33,372 nt of DNA from Octopus sinensis (GCF_006345805.1 NW_021832030.1:1-33372), one strand, 5' to 3'; positions 1 to 10,663 are shown, counted from the stretch's first letter. Notes: generated by a model not told the origin, from the letters alone. Numbers and translations: made by a program.

Positions 1-302
1 AAGAAACTATATGTATGTATATATACGTACACAGTGGTTTACAAACGTATGCATTTGCATATACATTTGCTTATACATACACGTGTAAACATACTTTCAT
101 GAATACACAAGCTCTAATAAAACACACGTATACACTCACACACACTCAACAAAGTACATATAGCCAAACATAAACTTCGCACAAGCGATGCACACATATA
201 AACACTTGTTTGTGTTTAGCCGACATATATGTGCATTTATTTCTCCCTTTTTGTGTGTGTGTGTGTGCGTTTGTGTGTGTCTGTGTGTAGATATATACAC
301 AG

Positions 303-343
<41 letters not shown>

Positions 344-393
344 TACATTCATACATATATATATATACATATATACATATATATATTTATATA

Positions 394-545
394 TTTTCTC
401 TCCTTGTTTCTTACTGTGTTCCTTTCTGTGGAAGAGCGTAGGCTCGAAACGTTGAATACTTGTTCACTTCCCGAGCGTTAAACTAATACATGTGTTTGTT
501 GTCTACAGCACCTGTCTTTCTCTTTTGTTTTTGTGAATCCTCCGC
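394..545 (+). mobile_element. Short Penelope-like terminal-repeat-derived element with degenerate hammerhead-like core
   Basis: 423-456 reads ttt-CTGTGGA-a-GAGC-gtag-GCTC-GAAAC-GTT-gaa. Same architecture as the element at 10723-10885 (-). Flanked by TA/TACA microsatellites. Confidence 0.5.
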
Positions 546-799
546 TATACATACATACATACATACATACATCATACATATATATACACACACACCACAT
601 ACACACATATATATATGCATGTATGAATGAATGTATGTGTGATGATTTCTTCATGTAGACAGATGATAGCCGTCCATCAACACACACACCACACATCTCA
701 TCACACAGCGCAATCATTCCGTTGTTAAGCCCTCAAATGACTTTTAAGACCAGCTGCTGACTGACAGGGTTTAAAACACAAGTGACAAATATTATTCAA

Positions 800-1372
800 G
801 CTTCTACATTTTTGCTCTTTGGAACCTGATTCTGAAAGAATGCTTTTGTGAACTAGCATATGTCTTTAAAGGTCCAGATATTGTCTTACAGGTTTTATGA
901 CATATGACACAAGTGATAAGAGTCAGTTGGGGCCCAAGATTATTACTTAACTGAACATTTCGATTCTCATGTGACGTCCTATGTTTCATGTGTCCTGCTT
1001 TTGACAACAGGCCACAATCACACATAATACATATCCAATATTCACTGTTGATTTCAGTTCCAATTGTTCCTTTGTGAGAGACCCTTTTAAGCTCAGAGTG
1101 CTGAATCATCTTTTCCTCCCAGGCATTGCAACCAGTCCTAACAGCACTCTCCACTTGTTCCAATCCAGAGTATCAACTTCCCAATCACTTTTGTTCATAT
1201 CTAGTTTCTTCAGGTTTTCCTCCACACGGTCTTTATACCTTTTCCTCGGCTACCTTTTCCTCGGCTTACGTTGTGGTCGCTTACCAGAGATGAGCTCACC
1301 ATTAAAAAGACGTTTTCGCAATCGCTCATCTGCCCCCATCAACAATCATGGCCTCGATAGTGCAGCCAATTA
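800..1372 (-). mobile_element. RTE-clade LINE, 3' ORF2 relic (frameshifted)
   Basis: Minus-strand translation across frameshifts gives TIEAMIV..DERLRKRLFNGELISGKRPQRKPRKR..YKDRVEENLKKLDMNKSDWE..KWR/SAVRTGCNAWEEK, the typical RTE post-RT C-terminus. It is followed by C2H2 motifs at 969-1031 and 848-911. A 15-bp tandem duplication (taccttttcctcggc) lies at 1236-1265. Confidence 0.85.
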
Positions 1373-1611
1373 AGATCATTACTATGATCTGGTTTTATAT
1401 CAGAGTGGCCTTCTCCTAGAAGAGTTGCCGTCACCACGGCTAATGAGCCTCATCTACCCCCGCCAGACAATATATACATATGTACACGTGAAAAAAGGAA
1501 AAGATATAAAATTAAAAATTTTAACAATTTAAAATTTTGAAATAATGATGGTGACGATGGCGATAATAATATTAATGAAGATGATAATGGTGATGATGAT
1601 AATAATAATCC

Positions 1612-1800
1612 TTTCTACTGGAAGCACTAGGCCTCATATATGGGGGAGGGGACTAGTCGATTACATCGACCCCAGTGTTTCACTAGTACTTAATTTATCG
1701 ACTGGGAAAGGATGAAAGGCAAAGTCGACCTCAGAACGTAGCGGCAGACGAAATACCGCTCACTTTTACGTCCAGCACGCTAACGGTTCTGCTAGCTCAC
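1612..1800 (-). mobile_element. tRNA-derived SINE, family A (internal deletion)
   Basis: Reverse complement matches the head gagctggcagaatcgttagc...gcggtatttcgtctgccgctacgttctgag...gtcgactttgcctttcatcc shared with 13817-14048 and 30382-30509. Confidence 0.85.
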
Positions 1801-1807
1801 TATCTTC

Positions 1808-2450
<643 letters not shown>

Positions 2451-2467
2451 AATAATAATAATAATAA

Positions 2468-3017
2468 ATGCCCTGATGCAGTACCAGACAGTGGCTCTCA
2501 TGGCTTCTGATCATAACTGATTGGAAGTGTTATCATGTACATTGTTTTGTCTTGGTATAAAAGATGGGCTACAGCAAATATTCTGCTCCACAGATTTGCT
2601 TGTCAGTTGTTTCACCTTAACCAGTTGACCATGTCCCTTAGTGGCTGACGATATGTGCATCTCTGATCACAAGCAGAAGTAGTGGGGAGCATCATAGCCG
2701 TGTGTTGAAAGGAATTCTTGGAGGTTTAGATAATTCGCTACTAGAAACATGGGTGTTTCGTTCAACATCCTTAAACAATCCTTATTCAGGGACCTTTTGA
2801 GCGGGATGGGTTACTCGACCAGAAGAAAATTCTAACTGGGCCTCACCTGCAAGGTCATGTGCTGTTTATCTTGATATGAGATCGCGATGTCGCGCACATA
2901 TGGTTGTGATGCATGTGCCTGGTGTACCCTTATCAGAGAGGTAGTTATGATGGGTATACTAGGCTTCGTATATTTTACCCCAGTGTCACTTTGATGGCAT
3001 GCACTTCTCTCTCGCTC
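2468..3017 (+). mobile_element. Unclassified AAT-flanked interspersed repeat, copy 2 (full length)
   Basis: Begins atgccctgatgcagtacc, ends ctctcgctc, with AAT repeats on both sides. Head-to-tail with copy 1 across a 17-bp AAT spacer. Confidence 0.85.
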
Positions 3018-3037
3018 AATAATATAATAATAATAAT

Positions 3038-3190
3038 TTCTAACATAGACAAAAGACTTAAGACCTGAAATTCTGAGTATAGGGGTTAGTGGATACCACC
3101 AAGCCCAATACTTGGTTGTTAGTTTATTGTAACAAACACAGAGGGATTAAAAAATAATGCCCACCCCAGTGGAATTCAAACCCAAAACTC
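3038..3190 (-). mobile_element. Highly degenerate family A SINE remnant
   Basis: ttctaacatagac..gacctgaaatt..ggggttagtggat..ggaattcaaacccaaaac resembles the reverse-complemented tail and body of family A. Confidence 0.35.
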
Positions 3191-3249
3191 ATGAAACCGT
3201 AACAGCAGCTGCAACAAAAATCGTTTCATCTGTTTTTCGTCTTATTTAT

Positions 3250-3860
3250 CATCGTCGACATCACCATCATCGCCACTACACTCATCATCATCATCATCAT
3301 TATCATCATTACGATCATCGGCCACAAAATAAGCACTTCCTCCATCGCCACCACCACCATAACCCTCACTATCGCCATCATCATCATCATCATCGGCATC
3401 ACGATCGACGTCCACAAAAGAATAACCTTCACCGCCGCCGCCACTGCTCCGCCGCCACTGCTCCGCCGCCACTGCTCCGCCGCCACTGCTCCGCCGCCAC
3501 TGCGCTGCCACCACTGCGACGCCACCACTGCCGCCATCACTGCCGCCAGCACCGCCACCACAAACACCACCATCACCACCAACACAACCACCAACACAAC
3601 CACCACCACTACCGCCATAGCTTTCATCATTCCCATCGTCATTATCATAGTTATCATCATCATCGTCATCATAGTTGTCGTCTTCCTTGTAATCATTACC
3701 AACATAACTACTGTCCCTCCTCTCCTCCTCCACCTCCTTCTTCTTTCTTCTCCTCCTCCTCCTCCTCCACCTCCTCTCTCTCGTCGTCATCGTTATGCTT
3801 TTGACAGCCTCATAACTACCATCAACACAACCATCACCATCACCATCACCATCAGGTCAT
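3250..3860. repeat. Compound CAT/CAC/CCG/CCT low-complexity tract with five copies of a 14-bp unit ccgccgccactgct (3435-3503)
   Basis: Read directly. Explains the His-rich, Met/Val-rich and Asp/Gly-rich ORFs in three frames. Confidence 0.9.
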
Positions 3861-3973
3861 CAACACCATCAACATCCCGTAACAGTCACCCCTTGTCCCC
3901 CACCCTCAACACACGTACCTCCAATATGTTCGCCATCAATATCTGTACGCAGTGACTTCTGGAACGTTCATAA

Positions 3974-4077
3974 GCCGCCATGACAGTTTTATTGCATTGC
4001 AAATCTCTTTCTGCTCTCTCAAGTGTCATCGCGGATTTGGCGGGAAATAAGAAATTATCCAATCAAACCAATATAAA
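3974..4077 (+). promoter_or_regulatory. Putative promoter-like motif cluster (E2F-type TTTGGCGGGAAA, two CCAAT, TATAAA)
   Basis: tttggcgggaaa at 4036-4047; CCAAT at 4059 and 4068; tataaa at 4072; gccgccatg at 3974. Motif matches only. Confidence 0.3.
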
Positions 4078-4339
4078 TTACATTTTGACCATGTCCGTCA
4101 CGAGGCGTTCGCGAACGGCGTGTCCATGTGTCCCAGTGTGAACGTGTGTGTGTGTGTGCGTGTGTACGTATGCGTACGTGTGTGTGTGTACAGTGTGCGT
4201 TGCATTCGTTTACGTATATCATTTTGTATATTCGAATATATATATATATGTGTGTGTGTGCGTATATATGTCTACACACACACATATACATACGAATATA
4301 TATCATTGGCATTTATACCATAATATCTATGTATCTGTT

Positions 4340-4384
<45 letters not shown>

Positions 4385-4527
4385 ACACACACACATATAT
4401 ATATATGTATATATATATGTATATATATATGTATGTATATACATACATACACACATACACACATGCATACAAATGTATGCATATATATATTACATTGTAT
4501 ATCATTGGCTTTTGTTATACAAGTGTG

Positions 4528-4574
<47 letters not shown>

Positions 4575-4687
4575 TAAATAAAAACATATATATACATGTA
4601 TGAGTGTGTGTATGTATATATATGTATGTATATTTATGCAATCACGTCTGTTTTATATGTGTATGCGTGCGTACGCGCGTGTGTAAT

Positions 4688-5002
4688 CACGGAAATGGAG
4701 AATGTTTATCCATCGGAAGGAGCAAGGCCAATAGATCTATGATTGAAGAAGTCCATATTTTAAAAACTAGCTAGTTTTCCCATTTAGCCGCCATTTTACG
4801 ATGATAAACGTCCAATTTTTCATCGTCTTTCGTTCTAGCTTTACCTCTTTCCTTCTCGTTTCCTTTCTTATTTCCTTTTTTTTTTTGCTGTCGTTTATAT
4901 GTTATATATATGTGTATATATATCCTCGTTCCAATAATAGTCGGGGACGAAATATTCTCGTGTCCTGGCGTGAAGTGACGTGCCGTGACGTGGAATCACG
5001 TG
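4688..5002 (+). promoter_or_regulatory. Putative promoter-like cluster (ETS-like, CCAAT, YY1-type GCCGCCATTTT, CRE half-sites, E-box)
   Basis: cggaaat at 4690; ccaat at 4728; gccgccatttt at 4787-4797; gtgacgt at 4975 and 4985; cacgtg at 4997. Confidence 0.3.
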
Positions 5003-5009
5003 TTATTGT

Positions 5010-5417
5010 GTAGTAGTAGTGGTTGCGCTGTTGTGTTGGTGGTAGAGTTTGTCATGATGGAGGTGGTGTTGGTAGTGATGGATGTGGTTGTGATAGTGTT
5101 GGTTGTACTTTTGATGGTGGTGGCTTTGGTGGTAATGTTCTTGTATTTTTAAAGATCGTGGTGCAAGCGATAGCTGTTGTACTGTAAGTAGTAATGTTGG
5201 GGATGGCAGTGGTGGTGTTGATGGTGGCGACGTCAGTGGTGAAAGTAGTGTTGGTCATGGTACTAGTAGGAGTGACAGCACTGCTAGAAATGCTGCTGTT
5301 ACTGTTTTGTAGTAGTAGTAGTAATAGTAGTGGTGGTAGTGGTGGTAGTAGTTGTAGAAGTAGCAGTGGTAGTAATAGTAGTAGTAGTGGTAGTAGTAGT
5401 AGTAGTAGTATTAGTAT

Positions 5418-5451
<34 letters not shown>

Positions 5452-5560
5452 GGTGGTAGTAGTAGTAGTAGTAGTATTAGTAGTAGTAGTAGTAGTTGGT
5501 GATGGTGATGGTAGTTTTAGTGGTTGTCGATGGTGGTGTTATCGGTGGTAAGTCTCATGG
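5010..5560. repeat. GTG/GTA low-complexity and (GTA)n tract
   Basis: Read directly. Source of the poly-Val and poly-Ser ORFs. Confidence 0.9.
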
Positions 5561-5578
5561 TTGTGTTGATGGCGCCGA

Positions 5579-5592
5579 CGGAAGTGACGTCA
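5579..5592 (+). promoter_or_regulatory. Overlapping ETS-CRE composite motif CGGAAGTGACGTCA
   Basis: ETS core CGGAAGT overlaps a perfect palindromic CRE TGACGTCA (5585-5592). Confidence 0.4.
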
Positions 5593-5869
5593 GTCTTAGT
5601 GGTACGGTAGTATTGTTTGTACTAAGTGGTAGTGGTTGTTGCGCTGAGTGTTGATCTGTTGTTGCGATGAGGGTGTTTTTGTGACAGTTGTTGATCTTCA
5701 ATGATGGTGGTGCTGTTTGAATTAAGGGGAGAAGAGTTCAAATCGTTTCGAGGTAAACTTTGAGTTGCAACGTTTCAGGGTCGACCAGTCAAGCACAGGA
5801 CTTAATGGTATGGACTATTGTCTTCCTACTAAAATGTCAGGCGTTGTGCCAAAATGAGAAACAATTAAG

Positions 5870-6065
5870 CGTGCTGGATTTTCAGATTCGTTAGAGCGTC
5901 GAGCAAAATGCCTCGCAACGTTTCTTCCAGCTCTTTACATTTTGAGTTCAAATCTCTTTGAAGTTAGCTTCAATAAAACAAAATACCAGTAAAGTACTGG
6001 GGTTGATATTATCGACTGGACTCTCCTTTAAAAATTTCAGGTCTTGTTCCTATTGTAGAAAGAAT
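5870..6065 (+). mobile_element. Old degenerate family A-like SINE
   Basis: gattcgttagagcgtcgagcaaaatgc..ttgagttcaaat..aaataccagtaaagtactggggttgat..aaatttcaggtcttgttcctattgtagaaagaatt. Confidence 0.6.
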
Positions 6066-6086
6066 TTTTATTATATTATTATTATT

Positions 6087-6644
6087 GAGTGAGAAAGCAG
6101 CGCATGCCGTCAAAGTGACACTGGGGTACAAATATACGAAGCCCAGTATACCCATCATGACTACCCGTCTGATAAGGGTACACTAGTCACATGCATCACA
6201 ACAATATATGCACGACACGGTGATCTCATATCAAGATAAACAGTGCATGACCTTGCAAGTGGGGCCCAATGAGAATTTTCTTCTGGTCAAGTACCCCTAT
6301 CCCGCTCAAATGGTCGTTGAATAAGGGTTATTTAAGGATGTTGAATGAAACATCCAAGTTTCCAGAGTTGAATCATTCAAACCCCAAAGAATCCCTCTCA
6401 ACACATGGCTATGATGCGCCCCCACTACTTCTGCTCGTGATCAGAGATGCACATATCATCAGCCACTAAGGGACATGCTCAACTGGTTATGGTTAAACAG
6501 CTGACAAGCAAATCTGTGGTATTGAGCAGAATATTTGCTGCAGCCCATCTTTTATACGAAGACAAAACAATGTACATGATAACACTTCCAATCAGTTAAG
6601 ATCAGAAACCATGAGAGCCACTGCTAGGTACTGCATCAGGGCAT
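6087..6644 (-). mobile_element. Unclassified AAT-flanked interspersed repeat, copy 3 (full length, inverted)
   Basis: Reverse complement of copy 2 with the same two ends. TTA repeats on both sides (6071-6086 and 6645-6712). Confidence 0.85.
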
Positions 6645-6668
6645 TTATTATTATTATTATTATTATTA

Positions 6669-6713
<45 letters not shown>

Positions 6714-6975
6714 GCTCGTGGTGGTTGTGGTGGTGGTGGTGATGGTGGTGGTGGCGCTAGTGGTGGTGATGGTGGTGGTGATGATGGTGGTGATGGTGAT
6801 GATGGTGGTGGTGATGGTGGTCATGATGATGGTGGTGGTGGTAGTGATGGTTGCGATAGGGGTGGTGATGATGGTGTTGGTGGTGGTAATGGTGGTAGAG
6901 ATGATGATGGTGATGGTGTTGGTAGCAGCGGCGGCGGTGACAGCGACGGCAGCGCTGGTGGTGGTGGGTTACTAA
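6645..6975. repeat. (TTA)n followed by a GTG/GAT low-complexity tract
   Basis: Read directly. Confidence 0.9.
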
Positions 6976-7184
6976 TTTTGTAAACATTTGCAGTAGGTAG
7001 TTGTGTGATGTGTATATATGTATGCGTTTGTGTGGGGGAGGCGAGGTGACGTAGTGTGGTGTGGCACGGTGCGGCGCGTCGGGGTGTGCCGTAGTGTGGT
7101 ATGGCGCTCATTTCATGTAAAGTTGATTTGATGTGGCGTAGCTAAGTGAACAAACTGGGTAAAGTGATAAATTGATGGTTGCGT

Positions 7185-7630
7185 GAGAGAGAGGTGAGAG
7201 AGAGGGGGAAGGAGAATGAGTTGAAGAGAGAGAAGGAGAGAGATGAAAGAGAGGAGATAAGAGTGAGAGAAAGAGAAAGCGGTAACAGAGATAGATATAC
7301 AGAGAGGGAGAGAGAGAGAGGGAGGAAATGAAAGAGAGAGGGAGGAGACGAAAGAGAGAGGGAGATGCGAGAAAGAAGGAGAGAGAGTAAAAGAGACAGG
7401 GAGAGAGATGAGAGTGGGAGATAAGAGAAAGAAAGAAAGAAAAAAGCTGAGATAGAGAGATAGACAGAGAGAAGTAGGAGATGAGAGGGAGAAGGAGGAG
7501 TTGAGAGGGAGAGAGAGAAAGAGAGAGAAAGAAGGAGAGAAAGGAAAGAAGAAGGAAGGAAAGAGAGAGAAAGGGAAGGAGAGGGAAGGAAAGAGAGAGT
7601 GAAAGAGAGAGAGAGAGAGAAGGAGAGAGG
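7185..7630 (+). repeat. Polypurine (GA-rich) tract, ~445 bp
   Basis: Almost exclusively A/G with degenerate GA, GGA and GAAA units. Confidence 0.9.
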
Positions 7631-8456
7631 ATTCGTATTGGAACGTCGTGGTGTAAAATGGCGGTTATGTAAAGTTTCATAGTTGTAGAAGTGAGGTGTG
7701 GTGTTGTCAAGATGGTGAGGCGTGGTATGGAAAGACGGTGGTCCCTCCAAATCCGTAGATGAAGAGGAATAAAATATCTTTAATATATTTCATTTCTGTG
7801 ATTTATTCCTCTCAAACCGTCTGCACACCTCCTGCCACATGCTATTTCCTTCGGACCGAAGAACAGAATATTCTAGAAAGAGAATTATCACTAAATAAAT
7901 AAATAGAAGTTAAACAAGCTACGTAAAAACAATAAAATATGATGCGGCGATGACCAAATAGTTAAGTAGAGGAACCCAAAATTGGCAAAACTAGGCGCAA
8001 ACTCTGATTGGCTAAAGTTTTCGAATATTGAGCCAAAAAACGTCAAACTGGAGAAGGAAAAAGAAGATTAATGATCAGGGAGGACGCCTCTGCTCAGTCG
8101 CTCGGTCTGAAAGAAATAGCTCGTGAATATAATTAAATCCTAGAAATAGCAACTAAATCCTTGAAATCCTATTCAGCCGTTGTTCGGAAGGACACGTCGG
8201 ATTATGTAGCTCTTTATGCAATATATGTGTGAATACAAGGCATCACAAAATACTATACGCTGCATACATGCATACATACATACATACATGCATACATGCA
8301 TGCATACATACATGTGTGTGTGTGTGTGTGTGGTGTGTGTGTGTTGAGAAAAAGGAGGTAGTCAGGCTTCTGGATAATTATTTATTTAGCTCTTTCATCT
8401 CTTTATGAGAGATTCATCATGAATAATTTATTTACAGAAAGTTCATGCCTTCGATA

Positions 8457-8494
<38 letters not shown>

Positions 8495-8536
8495 CTTACA
8501 CACACATACACACATACACATATATGCACATACATG

Positions 8537-8767
8537 TATTTCTTTACTACCCACAAAGGGCTAAACACAGAGAGGACAAACAAGGACAGACAAAGGGATT
8601 AAGTCGATTACATCGACCCCAGTGCGCAACTGGTACTTAATTTATCGACCCCGAAAGGATGAAAGGCAAAGTCGACCTCGGCGGAATTTGAACTCAGAAC
8701 GTAACGGCAGACGAAATACGGCCACGCATTTCGCCCGGCGTGCTAACGTTTCCGCCAGCTCGCCGTC
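8537..8767 (-). mobile_element. tRNA-derived SINE, family A, near full length
   Basis: Reverse complement is colinear with 13817-14048, including the tail ctgtgtttagccc..gtgggtagtaaagaaata. Confidence 0.9.
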
Positions 8768-8805
8768 TTATATGCACATATATGTGCCAACACAAGTATA
8801 TTCAA

Positions 8806-9122
8806 TATCACGTGATCACGTGACCGACCAGACCATCAGATGTTACACATCGCTGGTCACAATGATTTCGCATTGTTTTTAGCCTTTGAATGACGCCACC
8901 CCGCTGGCTAAGCGAGCAGGCCAACAGAAGAAAGAGTGAGAAAAAGAGTGAGAAAAAGAGTGGTGAAAAAGTACACTAGGGATCACCACCCCCTGCCGGA
9001 GCGTCATGGAGCTTTTAGGTGTTTTCGCTCAATAAACACTCACAACGCCCGGTCTGGGAATCGAAACCGCGATCCTGCGACCGCGAGACCGTTGCCCTAA
9101 CCACTAGGCCATTGCGCCTCCA
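8806..9122 (-). mobile_element. tRNA(Arg-like)-derived SINE, family B, tail type 1
   Basis: Minus head ggaggcgcaatggcctagtggttagggc..ctcgcggtcgcaggatcgcggtttcgattcccagaccgg has A/B-box-like motifs. Tail ends ggtcggtcacgtgatcacgtgata. Probably one of the described octopus OR-type SINEs (assignment unverified). Confidence 0.85.
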
Positions 9123-9399
9123 CACATTCAATATAACAAAGGAAAATCCTCTCCCAATTCAACTTTAGATCTTTTCAACTAAGTCTCTCTCTCCCTCACA
9201 CACATACACGCGGGCATACACACACACACGCACATACACGCTCACGTGTTCATATTAAAAATTTTTGTCTTAAGCCCCAGGACTCGTAAGATCGGTTTCC
9301 TGTTTTCCATGGTGTATAAGTGGGAGAAATCACACCATTCCGGGGAATGGACCCGTTTCTTCGCAGGGTTGAAGTCCAGCAATTTTCGAAGTGAACTGG

Positions 9400-9555
9400 G
9401 GACGAAATTCTAATACATCGACCCCAGTACTTGACTGGTACATTACTTTATCAACCCCAAAAGGATGAAAGGCTGAGATAACCTTGGCAGGATTTGATCT
9501 CAAAACATAGAATTTCCGCTAAGCATTTTGTCTACCTGCCCGACGCTTTCTTTGT
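9400..9555 (-). mobile_element. Degenerate family A-like SINE
   Basis: acatcgaccccagtacttgactggtac..aaaggatgaaaggc..ttccgctaagcatttt. Confidence 0.7.
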
Positions 9556-9639
9556 CTACAGCTGCAATAATGGTAAAATAGAACGTTATTGGAAAGCAAT
9601 TAAAGTTGTTTAAAAAACTATAGGTCTATCCATTAATAT

Positions 9640-9849
9640 TCGTTTCAATACATAAGGCCAGCGCTTTCGGGATTGGGGTTAAATCGGTCACATTGATTGC
9701 AGTGTTCAACTGGTACCTATTTAATCGGCCCCGGAAAGATGAAAGGCAAAGTCGACCTTGGTAGCATTTAAATTCAGAACGTAAAGACGGACGAAGTACA
9801 GCTAAGCATTTTCCTCGGTGCTGTAACGATTCTACCAGCTCACCGCCTT
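9640..9849 (-). mobile_element. Family A SINE (diverged)
   Basis: gaaagatgaaaggcaaagtcgacc..tcagaacgtaaagacggacgaa..gctaagcatttt..taacgattctaccagctcaccgcc. Confidence 0.85.
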
Positions 9850-9895
9850 TGGACTATCCATTAATATTGAAAATAATCTCAAAGGAGCCAGCATT

Positions 9896-10018
9896 CAAGA
9901 CGTGACGCTTGAACTAGACCGCTATCATAAACCTGATGAAAGCTTAAATTATGTGAACAGAAATTCTAATCATCCGAGAGAAGTAATTTATTCTATAATT
10001 GAGAGGGTTTCGAATTGA
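9896..10018 (+). mobile_element. Penelope-like retroelement RT fragment
   Basis: Translates to DVTLELDRYHKPDESLNYVNRNSNHPREVIYSIIERVSN*, resembling the FLDVT(L/F)..Y.KP....Y....SNHP..I motif after the RT catalytic core of Penelope-like elements. Confidence 0.6.
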
Positions 10019-10029
10019 ATATAATTGAA

Positions 10030-10663
10030 TAGGTTTTGAAACTTGGGTGGCGAGCGTGTGGTATTGTTTTGAATTTGTATGTAAGATGGTGAATTTATTT
10101 CAAGCCCTACGATGTCGCCCAAACGTTCCACACCTTCTAAGGCTTCTGGCAGGGAACCCAAGCGCCAGAGAAAGATGCTTACTATAGCAGAGAAGGTGGG
10201 ACACCTCGAGATGCTTCAGGAAGGGAGAAGGTATACGGATGTAGGCGGCCATTACGGCATCAATGAATCTACTGTTCACCACACCAAAAAGGGACAAAGA
10301 AATATAAGGGCGACGGCAAAAGTGTGGTAAGAAGAAGGGCAACAACAAGAACAAGCGGATCCAGGGGAAGTAGAACGCATCTCAACTCTAGCAAAAGACG
10401 GCAAAAGAACTTCAGAGAATGGCGGAAGATTGAGACCCCCAGATGATACGTACGTTGCAGTTCAGAAATGCAATCGACGGAGCCATGGAGGTTTATAAGA
10501 ACCTCCTTACACAGAAGAAAAGGCAGCGGCAGCACTATGTTCCTCACTGGCAAAAATGAAGAAGACACGGGTACTCCTAAGTACTGTTTCTACTTTGCGG
10601 GTCTTTACCTATCGCGAGGTGGGGATTTGGAATGTAACATCCACAATAGCCGAGAGATTGGTG
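10030..10663 (+). mobile_element. Tigger/pogo-type DNA transposon, internally deleted
   Basis: ORF 10112-10330 (PKRQRKMLTIAEKV..YGINESTV) is a CENP-B/psq-type HTH N-terminus. It is followed by a C-terminal relic KELQRMAED*DPQMIRTLQFRNAIDGAMEVYKNLLTQKKRQRQ/TMFL. The DDE core is absent. The right end gtaacatccacaatagccgagagattggtg|TA is TIR-like; I did not find the left TIR. Confidence 0.8.

Noticed and set aside
3157-3804. 215-aa His-rich ORF and the overlapping minus-strand ORFs
   Set aside because: Entirely explained by CAT/CAC/CCG repeats, which are open in several frames. No domain or splice evidence.
3980-4141. Short ORF after a perfect GCCGCCATG Kozak context
   Set aside because: About 53 codons with no recognisable similarity. 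The context is equally explained as a YY1-like motif.
9040-9122. tRNA-Arg-like sequence (also 31635-31716 and the family A heads)
   Set aside because: Continues into SINE body and tail and lacks a proper acceptor stem. These are SINE heads, not tRNA genes.
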